Of a stretch of DNA of 32,000 nt, positions 1-9,200 are shown one piece after another. The DNA lies in NCBI GenBank assembly GCA_000166095.1, contig CP002278.1, positions 810,001 to 842,000 on the forward strand, given 5' to 3'. Both the position numbers and the translations under genes were made by a program. The notes below the pieces were generated by a model that worked only from the letters and a program-made list of their open reading frames with translations, was not told the origin of the DNA and searched no databases. The DNA is from Methanothermus fervidus DSM 2088. Its GTDB lineage: Archaea > Methanobacteriota > Methanobacteria > DSM-2088 > Methanothermaceae. Positions within the stretch are counted from its first letter, which is position 1, and each line of letters starts with the position of its first letter.

Positions 1-1039
1 TAGATCTTGCATCCCATATTTTTTTTAAACTTTTAAAACCACTTTTTTCTTTTTTTTCAAATGAGAAATTTTCTATTATTTTTACAACATTATTCACAGA
101 TTTTTTAGAACCTTCAATTAAACTTTTAGCTTTGGGTTTTTTAAGATTTGGTAGATATTTAGGTATATCTTGAATTTTAACAATAGGTATGCCGACTTCT
201 TTAGCTAAATCAACACTTGCATGTTTATAGTGAAATCCAGCGACCTTTATTGATGGAATCTCTAAAACAGCGACTTCAATAGTTACACCCATACCAGCAC
301 AATAAATAACAGCGTTAGCATTTTTAATATAACTTAGAAGATCTACAAAACCTTCTAAAACTTTAACCTTTGAAGAAGTAATAAGACTTTTTATATAACT
401 AGTTTTAAATCTAAAAGGAACAATTAAAACTTTTTCATCTAGGGATTCAATTGTTTTTATCAACTTTGGAACATCATGATATTTAATGTCTCCTCCAAGT
501 ACCAACAAGATAAAATCATCTTCTTCACATGTTTTTATTTCAGATTCAAGAACATATAGGGCGTGTGGATACCCACCAATGTTTCTTACATTTTTTAATA
601 AATATTCTCTCTCTAAATATTCTTTATAATCTTTTGATGGAGCTGTAATAATATCTGCAAATGCTATCATTTCAATTGGGTTGTAAATATCCTGCTCAAT
701 ATGTAATACAGGAATATGGAGTATGTTAGCTGAGATAATTCCTTTCCTTACATCCCCAGCATTTCCACATGTTAGCAATAAATCAGGTTTAATTTTTCTT
801 AAAACTTTGGTAGTTCTAATTATGTCCTTAAATATTAAATAACAAGATTTTAACTTATTTTTTTTATAAGTTATTTTTCTACCTTTTCCAATATAATATA
901 ATGAAGAACAATATGGTTCCAATATATTTTTAACTTCTTTTCCATGCATTAATCCAATTATCTCATGCTCTTCTAGTCTTTTGATTATTGGAATAAAGGT
1001 TTTTGCTGGTGCTAACTCTGCTATAATACAAATTTTCAT
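1..1039 (-). CDS. GT-B-fold glycosyltransferase-like protein (MurG / GT28 C-terminal-domain-like); 3' end runs off the window
   Basis: Absent from the ORF track because it is open to the left edge. ATG at 1039-1037 (minus); I checked that the frame has no stop over positions 2-121 and my translation down from 1039 met none. My translation begins MKICIIAELAPAKTFIPIIKRLEEHE. The C-terminal half contains NAVIYCAGMGVTIEVAVLEIPSI, which resembles the nucleotide-sugar-binding segment of MurG-type GT-B enzymes. ATGA start/stop overlap with the upstream gene. Coding status is solid; the function is a guess. Confidence 0.5.
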   Translation of the reverse strand, partial: MKICIIAELAPAKTFIPIIKRLEEHEIIGLMHGKEVKNILEPYCSSLYYIGKGRKITYKKNKLKSCYLIFKDIIRTTKVLRKIKPDLLLTCGNAGDVRKGIISANILHIPVLHIEQDIYNPIEMIAFADIITAPSKDYKEYLEREYLLKNVRNIGGYPHALYVLESEIKTCEEDDFILLVLGGDIKYHDVPKLIKTIESLDEKVLIVPFRFKTSYIKSLITSSKVKVLEGFVDLLSYIKNANAVIYCAGMGVTIEVAVLEIPSIKVAGFHYKHASVDLAKEVGIPIVKIQDIPKYLPNLKKPKAKSLIEGSKKSVNNVVKIIENFSFEKKEKSGFKSLKKIWDARS

Positions 1040-2097
1040 TTTTTACACCTTTTTAAACATTTAAGTGCAAAAACAATTCCAAAGAAATACAATATCCAAA
1101 CAACTAAATCTGTAGGTCCAGTTTCAATCCATGTAAGTGCATGCGACATCATTATTGAATAAAATGCGGTGATCAATCCTTTTTCCTTCAATTGTAAATT
1201 ATGTAAAAATTTAAGTATGAAACCTAAAAGGAACATTTGAATCAACATTCCTCCAATACCAAAATCTAAAAGTGGAGGGCCAATTATTGTGGATGTAGTG
1301 GAATGATGATATCCAAGAACTTTTAAACCTACAATTGCTCTTGGATCAACTGACGTGAAAAATCCTACCAATGTGTAATAAAACAGTAAGCCATGAGTTA
1401 TCCCCTGAAGTTTCGTTGCCTTTTCCACAACTAAAAGTGTGTAACCTGCCCTATACAACAATAATTGTATTGGATTTAAAGTCCAATGTTGCCATTCTAT
1501 AAATTTGACAACTACGTATCCTAAAATTGAAATTATGAAGAATATAATTAGTATGCCTACTAACGAATATTCTACTGGTATTTTCTTTGTATAGTATAGT
1601 GTCATTAAGACGCTCAAAATTATAACAACTACAGGGGTTCTATAACCTGTCAATGAAAATAGAACCACACCCAGAATTAAAAATATAAAGTATTTTTTAT
1701 TGTAAAATTTGGCAAACAAAATATTTATGCTTGGTAAAAACAGCAAATATGAGAAAAACCAAAAAAGATTGACAGCCTTAGATTTTAAGTGACCACTAAA
1801 AAGAGGTATTCCCCCTAAATAATAAAAATTAAAAATCTGTAACACGAATGCTGTATAAATAAAATATTTTAAAAGATTTTTGTTTATTTGTAACTTACAT
1901 TTACAACCATCTCTCACAAATTTTACAGGATAAAAACCTAAGAGATAAAAAGCCATTGCAAATAAAAAATAAATATACACATACACAGATGGCAATTTAA
2001 GGCCCTTAATACCCATAAAACATCCCAATGTTGCTAGAAAAAGATAGAAAAGTAAAGCAAAAATAAAAATAAGAGGATGAAATATATCTTTGCTCAC
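1036..2097 (-). CDS. Polytopic integral membrane protein, possibly Wzy-like oligosaccharide repeat-unit polymerase / O-antigen-ligase-like
   Basis: 353-aa ORF, almost entirely hydrophobic, with roughly 9-11 predicted TM segments by eye. GTG start at 2097 is preceded by GGTGAT plus a 3-nt spacer, the same geometry as other genes here. Its stop overlaps the start of the downstream GT-like gene (ATGA). I recognised no catalytic motif; the family assignment is weak. Confidence 0.45.
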   Translation of the reverse strand: MSKDIFHPLIFIFALLFYLFLATLGCFMGIKGLKLPSVYVYIYFLFAMAFYLLGFYPVKFVRDGCKCKLQINKNLLKYFIYTAFVLQIFNFYYLGGIPLFSGHLKSKAVNLFWFFSYLLFLPSINILFAKFYNKKYFIFLILGVVLFSLTGYRTPVVVIILSVLMTLYYTKKIPVEYSLVGILIIFFIISILGYVVVKFIEWQHWTLNPIQLLLYRAGYTLLVVEKATKLQGITHGLLFYYTLVGFFTSVDPRAIVGLKVLGYHHSTTSTIIGPPLLDFGIGGMLIQMFLLGFILKFLHNLQLKEKGLITAFYSIMMSHALTWIETGPTDLVVWILYFFGIVFALKCLKRCKK

Positions 2098-2111
2098 TAA
2101 ATCACCAAAAA

Positions 2112-3692
2112 TTAATTATTTAAAATCATGAAAACTGCATCCTCAACGTTTTTCAACGATTTAACTTCTTCTAAAACATCTTCAGGTACCTTTTGATCTA
2201 CTTTGAGTACCATTACAGCTTCTCCACCAGGTTTTTCTCTTCCTACTTGCATTATTGCAATATTTATATCATGTTCTCCAAGCTTTGTTCCAATTGCACC
2301 AATAGTTCCTGGCAAATCGCGATACTTAACAATCATCATGTTCCCTTTAGGTTCAACATCTACTTTATAACCGTTTATATTGATAATTTTTGGCTTATTG
2401 GTGTAAGTTCCTTCAATACTAAACTTTTCACTTTTTGTTTCTACATCTATCTGTATTACAGACTTATAATTATCTGCTTTTGGTCTTCTACTCTCCGTTA
2501 CAACTATACCTCTCTTTTCCGCAATTGTATGTGCATTGACAATATTTACAGGTTCTGTTAAGATGGGATTTAAAATATTCTGCAATAAAGTCCTTGTTAA
2601 AACATCAAGACTTTTGAATTCTGAAATCTCACCAGCATAAACAACATTTAGACTTTTTATTTTGTCTGGTGCAAGTTGTGTAATCATCAAACCCATTTTT
2701 TCACACAATTCTATATAAGGTTTCAAAAGTTTAAAAGATTCTCTGTCTAGAGAAGGCATATTAATAACATTTTGTGGTGGCTTACCATCAAATATTCTTT
2801 TTATTTCATTTGCAACTATTATGGCTGCATCTCTTTGTGCCTCGACTGTAGATGCACCTATATGTGGTGTCAAAACAACATTGTCAAATTCAAGTAATGG
2901 ACTATCTGAAGGTGGTTCTTCTTCAAACACATCTAAAGCTGCACCAGCAATTTCATTGTTTTCTAATGCTTCAATTAATGCTTCTTCGTCAATTATTCCT
3001 CCTCTAGCACAATTTATAATATATGCAGAATTTTTCATCATCTTTAATTCTCTTCTGGATATAAGGTGTTTAGTTTCCTTTGTTAGAGGAACATGTATAG
3101 TTACAATGTCCGATTTTTTTAACAATTCATCTAATTCAACTAGTGTTGCTCCTACACTTTCTGCACTTTCTTCATCAATATAAGGATCATATGCAAGTAT
3201 CTTCATTCCAAATGCTCTTGCTCTCAATGATACTTGAGATCCTATCCTACCTAACCCTATGATCCCAAGGACTTTATCCTTAAGTTCTATCCCCATAAAT
3301 TTACTTCTGTTCCATTCACCCCTCCTAACAGATTTATCAGCAAGGACGATTTTTCTTGCTAAAGTTAACATTAAACCCATCGTATGTTCAGCAACTGTTA
3401 TAGATGTTGATTCTGGTGCATTCACAACCATTATTCCTTTTTCTGTTGCAGCACCTACATCTATGTTATCAACTCCAACACCTGCTCTTGCTATGATCTC
3501 TAAATTTTTTCCAGCTTCTATAACCTCCCTTGTGACTTTTGTTCCACTTCTTACAACTAAGGCATTATATTTACCAATCTCATCAATTAATTCTTCTTGG
3601 CTCATATCTGTTTTTACAGTTACGTCTGCAATTTTTTCTAACTCTTTAATTCCTTTTTCATTAATGGGGTCTGTAACTAGTATTTTTTTCAT
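2112..3692 (-). CDS. serA: D-3-phosphoglycerate dehydrogenase (long form with C-terminal ACT domain)
   Basis: Rossmann motif [12 protein letters not shown], 2-hydroxyacid dehydrogenase catalytic region (NCARGG...TPHIGAST) and an ACT-like C-terminus. The ORF-track start at 3704 is GTG. ATG at 3692 (MKKILVTD...) is preceded by GGTGGA, so I prefer 3692. Confidence 0.9.
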   Translation of the reverse strand: MKKILVTDPINEKGIKELEKIADVTVKTDMSQEELIDEIGKYNALVVRSGTKVTREVIEAGKNLEIIARAGVGVDNIDVGAATEKGIMVVNAPESTSITVAEHTMGLMLTLARKIVLADKSVRRGEWNRSKFMGIELKDKVLGIIGLGRIGSQVSLRARAFGMKILAYDPYIDEESAESVGATLVELDELLKKSDIVTIHVPLTKETKHLISRRELKMMKNSAYIINCARGGIIDEEALIEALENNEIAGAALDVFEEEPPSDSPLLEFDNVVLTPHIGASTVEAQRDAAIIVANEIKRIFDGKPPQNVINMPSLDRESFKLLKPYIELCEKMGLMITQLAPDKIKSLNVVYAGEISEFKSLDVLTRTLLQNILNPILTEPVNIVNAHTIAEKRGIVVTESRRPKADNYKSVIQIDVETKSEKFSIEGTYTNKPKIININGYKVDVEPKGNMMIVKYRDLPGTIGAIGTKLGEHDINIAIMQVGREKPGGEAVMVLKVDQKVPEDVLEEVKSLKNVEDAVFMILNN

Positions 3693-3704
3693 GATTTCCA
3701 CCAC

Positions 3705-5054
3705 TTAGCCACATTCTAATGCTGCACGAGTAAAGTTAGCAGCAAATTTTGGATAAGATGCAACATGTATATGCATATAATTTGCAAGAGTGTTATTTGA
3801 TATTAATCCATCTTTCGAATTAACAATTCCTCTACCTCTCATGATTCTAAATGCAAATTTTGGATTGCCAGTTATCTTTATTTTAGAATAATGAAATTCA
3901 TGTCCTTTTATAATTTCTCCTTTCGAACTAATAATGTTGTTATTCTCAACTTTTGCTATAACATAACTTAATCCCTGAACGTTTTTAGTCATTTTTGCTA
4001 TATGTGGATAAATTCCACACATTTTAGCACTATCTAATGCCTTCATAAGGTACATAAGGCCTCCACATTCAGCATATATGGGTCTACCATCCATATGAAA
4101 TTTTTTAATTGATTTACGCATTGATATATTTCTTTCTAATTCTTTACTAAATATCTCTGGATATCCTCCCCCTATATATATGCCATCCACATCAGGAATC
4201 ATCTCATCTTCGCAAGGACTAAACTTTATTATTTTAGCATTGTTATCCTCTAAAGCCTCAATATTTTCTTGATAATAGAAAGTAAATGCCTTATCATATG
4301 CAAGACCTATCTTCACTCTTTTCTTATTTTCCTTAACCCATAGAGATTCTCTTGAAGATGGTATCTTACCAGCATCTTTCATTATTTCCTTTAGCATGTC
4401 AATATCAATGTTTTCTTCAACAACCTTAGCCCATCTATCGATGTATTCAATGATTTTTTTATTCTCCACCGCAGGTATTAAGCCCAAATGTCTCTGCTTC
4501 ACTGTTAATTCTTTTTTTCTTGGAATACCTCCAAGAACTTTCACGTCTGTAAGTGACTCTATAGCTTTTTTTGTTTTTAAATAATGTCTACGATTTTTAA
4601 TAAAATTTAATATTACACCCTCTATTTTTACTCTTGGATCTAATTTTTCAAAACCAAGAATTATAGCTGCAGCACTTTTCACCAAACTTCTTGTATTCAT
4701 TATTAACACAACAGGAGAATTAAGTGCCAATGCTATCGAAGATGTTGATCCAACGTCACTAATTGGACTTATACCTTCATAAAGACCTCTCACTCCCTCA
4801 ATTATACCGGCTTTTGCATTTGATATTTCTAAACCTCTACAAAATGCTTCCCTAATTTGATCATCTGACATAAAAAATGAGTCCAAATTTCTGGAAGGTA
4901 CTCCCGTGGCAAGATAGTGATAAGTTGGATCTATATAATCAGGGCCAACTTTGAAGGGTTGAACTTTCATTTCTTTTGATAGAGCCCTCATTATACCTGT
5001 AGATATGGTTGTTTTCCCTACAGCGCTTCCGGTTCCCGCCAATACTACTCGCAT
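3705..5054 (-). CDS. Tetrapyrrole a,c-diamide synthase, CbiA/CobB/CfbB family (cobyrinate or Ni-sirohydrochlorin substrate cannot be decided from sequence alone)
   Basis: 449 aa. N-terminal P-loop [11 protein letters not shown], then [13 protein letters not shown]...NLDSF. The C-terminal glutamine amidotransferase domain has a nucleophile Cys (AECGGLMYL) and GHEFHYS. SD AGGAGG lies 6 nt upstream of the ATG. Confidence 0.85.
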   Translation of the reverse strand: MRVVLAGTGSAVGKTTISTGIMRALSKEMKVQPFKVGPDYIDPTYHYLATGVPSRNLDSFFMSDDQIREAFCRGLEISNAKAGIIEGVRGLYEGISPISDVGSTSSIALALNSPVVLIMNTRSLVKSAAAIILGFEKLDPRVKIEGVILNFIKNRRHYLKTKKAIESLTDVKVLGGIPRKKELTVKQRHLGLIPAVENKKIIEYIDRWAKVVEENIDIDMLKEIMKDAGKIPSSRESLWVKENKKRVKIGLAYDKAFTFYYQENIEALEDNNAKIIKFSPCEDEMIPDVDGIYIGGGYPEIFSKELERNISMRKSIKKFHMDGRPIYAECGGLMYLMKALDSAKMCGIYPHIAKMTKNVQGLSYVIAKVENNNIISSKGEIIKGHEFHYSKIKITGNPKFAFRIMRGRGIVNSKDGLISNNTLANYMHIHVASYPKFAANFTRAALECG

Positions 5055-5077
5055 TAAATGCCTCCTAATAATAAAAA

Positions 5078-6277
5078 TTAAGGTCCAAAATGGCCAAGTT
5101 CTGTCTGTACAATCACAGTTTTTAACCCAATGTTATTTAAAATTTCCTTTACTTCCAACATTTCATAAAAACTAGGTCTTTTTATATTTTTCCTCCTGAA
5201 CTCTGGTCTATAATCAAGTACACAAATTTGAACTTCGTCATTCATTTTGTAGATTTCGTCTCCAATTTTTTTAACTTCTTGTTTTGAGATAAGTTCCTTA
5301 TTGTAAGGAATTCCAATCCCTAAAAATACTTCATCCAAATAATTATCTATTATATATTCAACAGCTTTCCATGAAGTGTTAAGATACTTTTTTGCAATAT
5401 TTTCGTCAGCTAAACCAGTTATGTTCATAAAGGTGGAAACTTTTTTTGCCTTGATATCTATTCCAATATCAGTCATTCCAACTTCTATCAATTCATCTAT
5501 ATACTTTTTAGTTAGGATAGTTCCATTGGTATCCACATGTATATGAACATTCTCATCTTTTTCTCTAATTGATTTTATAAGTTCAATAAGCCATTTTTTA
5601 TTTAATGTACATTCTCCACCAGATATTGCTATTCTATTTACTTTATACTTGTTTTTTAAATTTAGCAATATTTCAGCAGTTTTTTGAGCTTTTAATAAAT
5701 ATCCACCAGCTGTGAATGCTATTACATGATTTTGACATTGAGGACATCTCAAATTACATCCATGCGTAAACACTACAACCTCTATAGGTCTATTGTATGA
5801 TTTGAGCCAATAAGGTGTACCAACACCGCCTACACTATGGGGGCCAAAACCACTTACAACTCTTATATCTCTTTCATTTACTTTTGTTTTTATTTTCATC
5901 CCATTTTTTAGTGGTGTACAACAAGCTAAAACTGGTTTTTTATTTACTTCAACGATACATGCATAACATGCGGCAGAATTACATGGAACAAATACTTTAT
6001 CCTCTTCTGGAAACTTCGTGAATTTTGAACAAGATTTTAAAGCATCTTTTATAGTGCCAGAAGCAATGACTTTCTCTCCATCAACAAAAACAGTCTTTTT
6101 TTCATGTTTATATTTTTCCAAAATTAATGCTTCCCTTGGACATGCAATGATGCATAAACCACAACCAATACATTTATTATTCTTAATACTGTCCTTCACA
6201 TTTCCCATAGGACATGCAACTGAAGCACAAATACCACAGTTTATACATTTTTCTGATAATAATTTTGCTATCATCAT
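5078..6277 (-). CDS. Radical SAM protein (PflA/COG1180-like core) fused to an N-terminal 2x[4Fe-4S] ferredoxin module and a second Cys-rich (2Fe-2S-like) domain
   Basis: 399 aa. [13 protein letters not shown] and [12 protein letters not shown] (residues 11-47). A Cys-rich segment [35 protein letters not shown]. Radical SAM CX3CX2C = [11 protein letters not shown] (Cys174/178/181, nt 5735-5758). ISGGECTL glycine-rich SAM-binding motif. The start lies 4 nt after the polC stop. Confidence 0.85.
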   Translation of the reverse strand: MMIAKLLSEKCINCGICASVACPMGNVKDSIKNNKCIGCGLCIIACPREALILEKYKHEKKTVFVDGEKVIASGTIKDALKSCSKFTKFPEEDKVFVPCNSAACYACIVEVNKKPVLACCTPLKNGMKIKTKVNERDIRVVSGFGPHSVGGVGTPYWLKSYNRPIEVVVFTHGCNLRCPQCQNHVIAFTAGGYLLKAQKTAEILLNLKNKYKVNRIAISGGECTLNKKWLIELIKSIREKDENVHIHVDTNGTILTKKYIDELIEVGMTDIGIDIKAKKVSTFMNITGLADENIAKKYLNTSWKAVEYIIDNYLDEVFLGIGIPYNKELISKQEVKKIGDEIYKMNDEVQICVLDYRPEFRRKNIKRPSFYEMLEVKEILNNIGLKTVIVQTELGHFGP

Positions 6278-6281
6278 GAAA

Positions 6282-9200
6282 TTAAATGAAATCCATTAAT
6301 GATGTTTGTTTCAGTTTTTCGTTTTCAAACAATGATTTTATTGTAGATTCTAATAATTTAATTCTTTGCTTAACATATGGATCTAAAGGATATTCTTCCT
6401 TTAATTTAGTTGCAACATCAAGATACTTTATTACAGATCCTTTAGAAACTGTTAAAACTAAATTTCCTCCACATTCGCATTTACCAGAAAGAGGTATTCG
6501 CCTATATTTCTTATTACACGTTGTACATCTAACTTTTTGTCTTAAAAATGCCCTTACATTGCCTGCTATATCTGGAAGGAAATGAGAAACTAAAACTCTT
6601 TCAGCAGTGTCTTTATGGTCAACAGCTCTTATTTTTTTTGCCAATGATAATTGTGAATCAACTTTTTCTTCCATTTTACCTAATTTCTTATATAAGCATG
6701 TTTTTGGAGCACCGTCAATCTTCGAGGTATTATGTGAAAACCATAACTGTTTATATTGTTTGGAAGTACCAAGATGTTTTTTAACGTTGTCTATTAATTT
6801 TTCAACTTTACTAGGATCTGCATATTTCATTGTTTCATTGTAAAACTCTAATGGAAGTTCCTGCATAGTATCTATATTATGTGCTTCATCATCTATTTCT
6901 TCTGGATCTATTCTAGTTGATAATACCAGTGGTGCATCCATACTTCCTCCACGTTTTTCAGGTAAGTAATATTTGCTAAAGTTCAGTAATGCATCGAGAA
7001 GTAACATGACAGAGTCTTCATCGCCATCGCATTGGTGTGTCAAAATGTTTTCATTTATTAAAATTGTGTGGTAATTGTCAACATTTAATGAATAAACATA
7101 GTCTTCTTTTGGTTTTATGATTTCTATCTTCTTTACTTTTAAGATCTTTCCATCCTTTTCTTCAGTATTTGAAATTTTTAATATTGCTTCATTTCCATTA
7201 TATTCATATTTACCAAATATACCAAGCTTTGATATTAACAATAAATCTATTTCCTCTAGCAATTCTTTCTTACCTCTAATTCTTAAATCATCGTCTGTAG
7301 CTATTTTAATCATCTCATGAATTTTCTCTTTTGACAAGTTAAATACAAAATCAGGAAGTTTATTGTTTCTCAAATCTTTAAGGAATGGTTGTGAAGAATC
7401 TAAAATTAATTTACCATTATTTTTATCATAATTGTTACCAAAAACTTTTTTAACATATTTTTCTGCAGAAGAAGGTAAAGTTACTTTATCTCCACAATTT
7501 TCACCCTCTCTCAAATAATATCCAATTATTTTTACCATTGAATCCAACTTTGGATCATCATAATTCTTTTCATTTAATCTAACTCTTGGTATAAAAATTG
7601 AATCTCCTTTTTGAACTTCAAATGCTCTTTTTTCTTTAAATTTTCCATCTTCATAAACAATTACAGGATGATCAATGGTTGTTTCAAAACTCCTATTATC
7701 CTCAAGTATGATTTTAATAAGATGATCTGTTGTAGGAACTTTTAAAACCTCTTTTATATCACTTAAAACAACTTTTTTCTTGTTTTTATCAAAAGAATAT
7801 GCTTTTATATTATGGTCTGTCCGATCTCTAACATATGCCTTATTCTCATTCTTTTCATTGTAAAATTTCTCATATAACTCGTCAATCCTCATCTTGGAGA
7901 TTTTACCATCTATTTGCACAAGTATTTTTGAATCTCCTGGGAAACAATTTCTTCTTTTTGCAGCATGGAAATATGGATGTGCATAACATGCGGAAGCCTT
8001 TGTAAATCCAATGATTCTACCCACAATTGCAGCAGACGTATGGGGTGCTAAAGCAGCTACAAGATGTCCAACAAGATCCTCCTTTTTCTTTACATTGTAA
8101 AATCTTGGTAGGCCATAATATTTTTCCAACAAATCATCTACAAAATTTGCAACCTTCATAAGATATGATGCACAATCTTCAGAAATTATAATGTCTTGAA
8201 CTTTCAATTCTAAAATCTGATCATCACTCACAAGATCTCTACCATAACAATCTTTTTTATATCCTAACTCTTTCAACTTTTCTATGTCAACTCCTATTTC
8301 CTTTGGTGTGAAATGTGTTAATGGAAGGTTTGTTGAATCATGCCGGATTGTTCCATCTTTAAACGTTGATACTCCATTTTTAGCTCTTAATATTCCTTTT
8401 TCAAGTGCTTCTGGAAGTTTCTTACTTGATATCATTCCTTCTACGCCTTTAATTTCGTCTAATCCACGAGTGTTGGTGTTTTTGTATGCCCTTTCAAGCA
8501 TGGATTTTATATTTATTTTTCTTTTCTTTGGATTGAGTAATTCTGTTTTTGACTTACAATATGGGCATACAGACCTAAATGAATTTATCTTACATTTTTT
8601 ACATCTTCTACGTGAAATCTCAACAGTTATATTTACTTTTTTTGCAGCCTCTACAATATTTCTTCTGTTACCTCCACTTTTACCTATTGGGAATAATACA
8701 TGTGGAGCTGGTCTCATTCTCCTTTCTTTACTTTTTTCAGGTCTTCCTATTCTTCCTCCAATATATGTAGGAGCTTTAGGCATTATTTTTACTGGGGAAA
8801 TCTTATTTAAAGCTTTTAAAGGATCATCTAAGCTTTCATCTAATGGTTTTCTTAAGGTATTTAGTAATGCATAAGCATGATCATCCTTTATTATCACCTT
8901 TGAGTCTTTTATATGGTGAGGAACTCCCAATTTTTCTAATATTTTCTTTTCATCGCTTATTTTAAGACGTAAGCCTTTACCACTTATGTATTTAGATGAT
9001 CTCAACCAATTGTATAATCTATTTAATTCTTTGACACTCACGTCATGGTAAAAGTATGTATATTTAGGATGAAGAGGAACATTATATTTCTTTGATATTT
9101 CAAACGCTTCTTTAGCATTTTTGGGTTCTATATCTTTATTAAGAAGTTTTTTCCACCATTCTTCACACCATGCAGAAGGCATAAAAGGGTGGTTGTTATT

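Noticed and set aside
2193-3708. Plus-strand ORFs of 120-149 aa (2193-2561, 2821-3183, 3259-3708) opposite serA
   Set aside because: They lie entirely antisense to a gene with clear family motifs. Their translations are low-complexity S/I/F/L-rich strings typical of shadow frames in AT-rich DNA, and they have no SD.
8284-8874. 196-aa plus-strand ORF (and other 60-114-aa ORFs between 6286 and 10491) inside polC
   Set aside because: These are antisense shadows of the DP2 coding frame with no SD or promoter context and hydrophobic low-complexity translations. The DP2 frame is validated by conserved motifs along its whole length.
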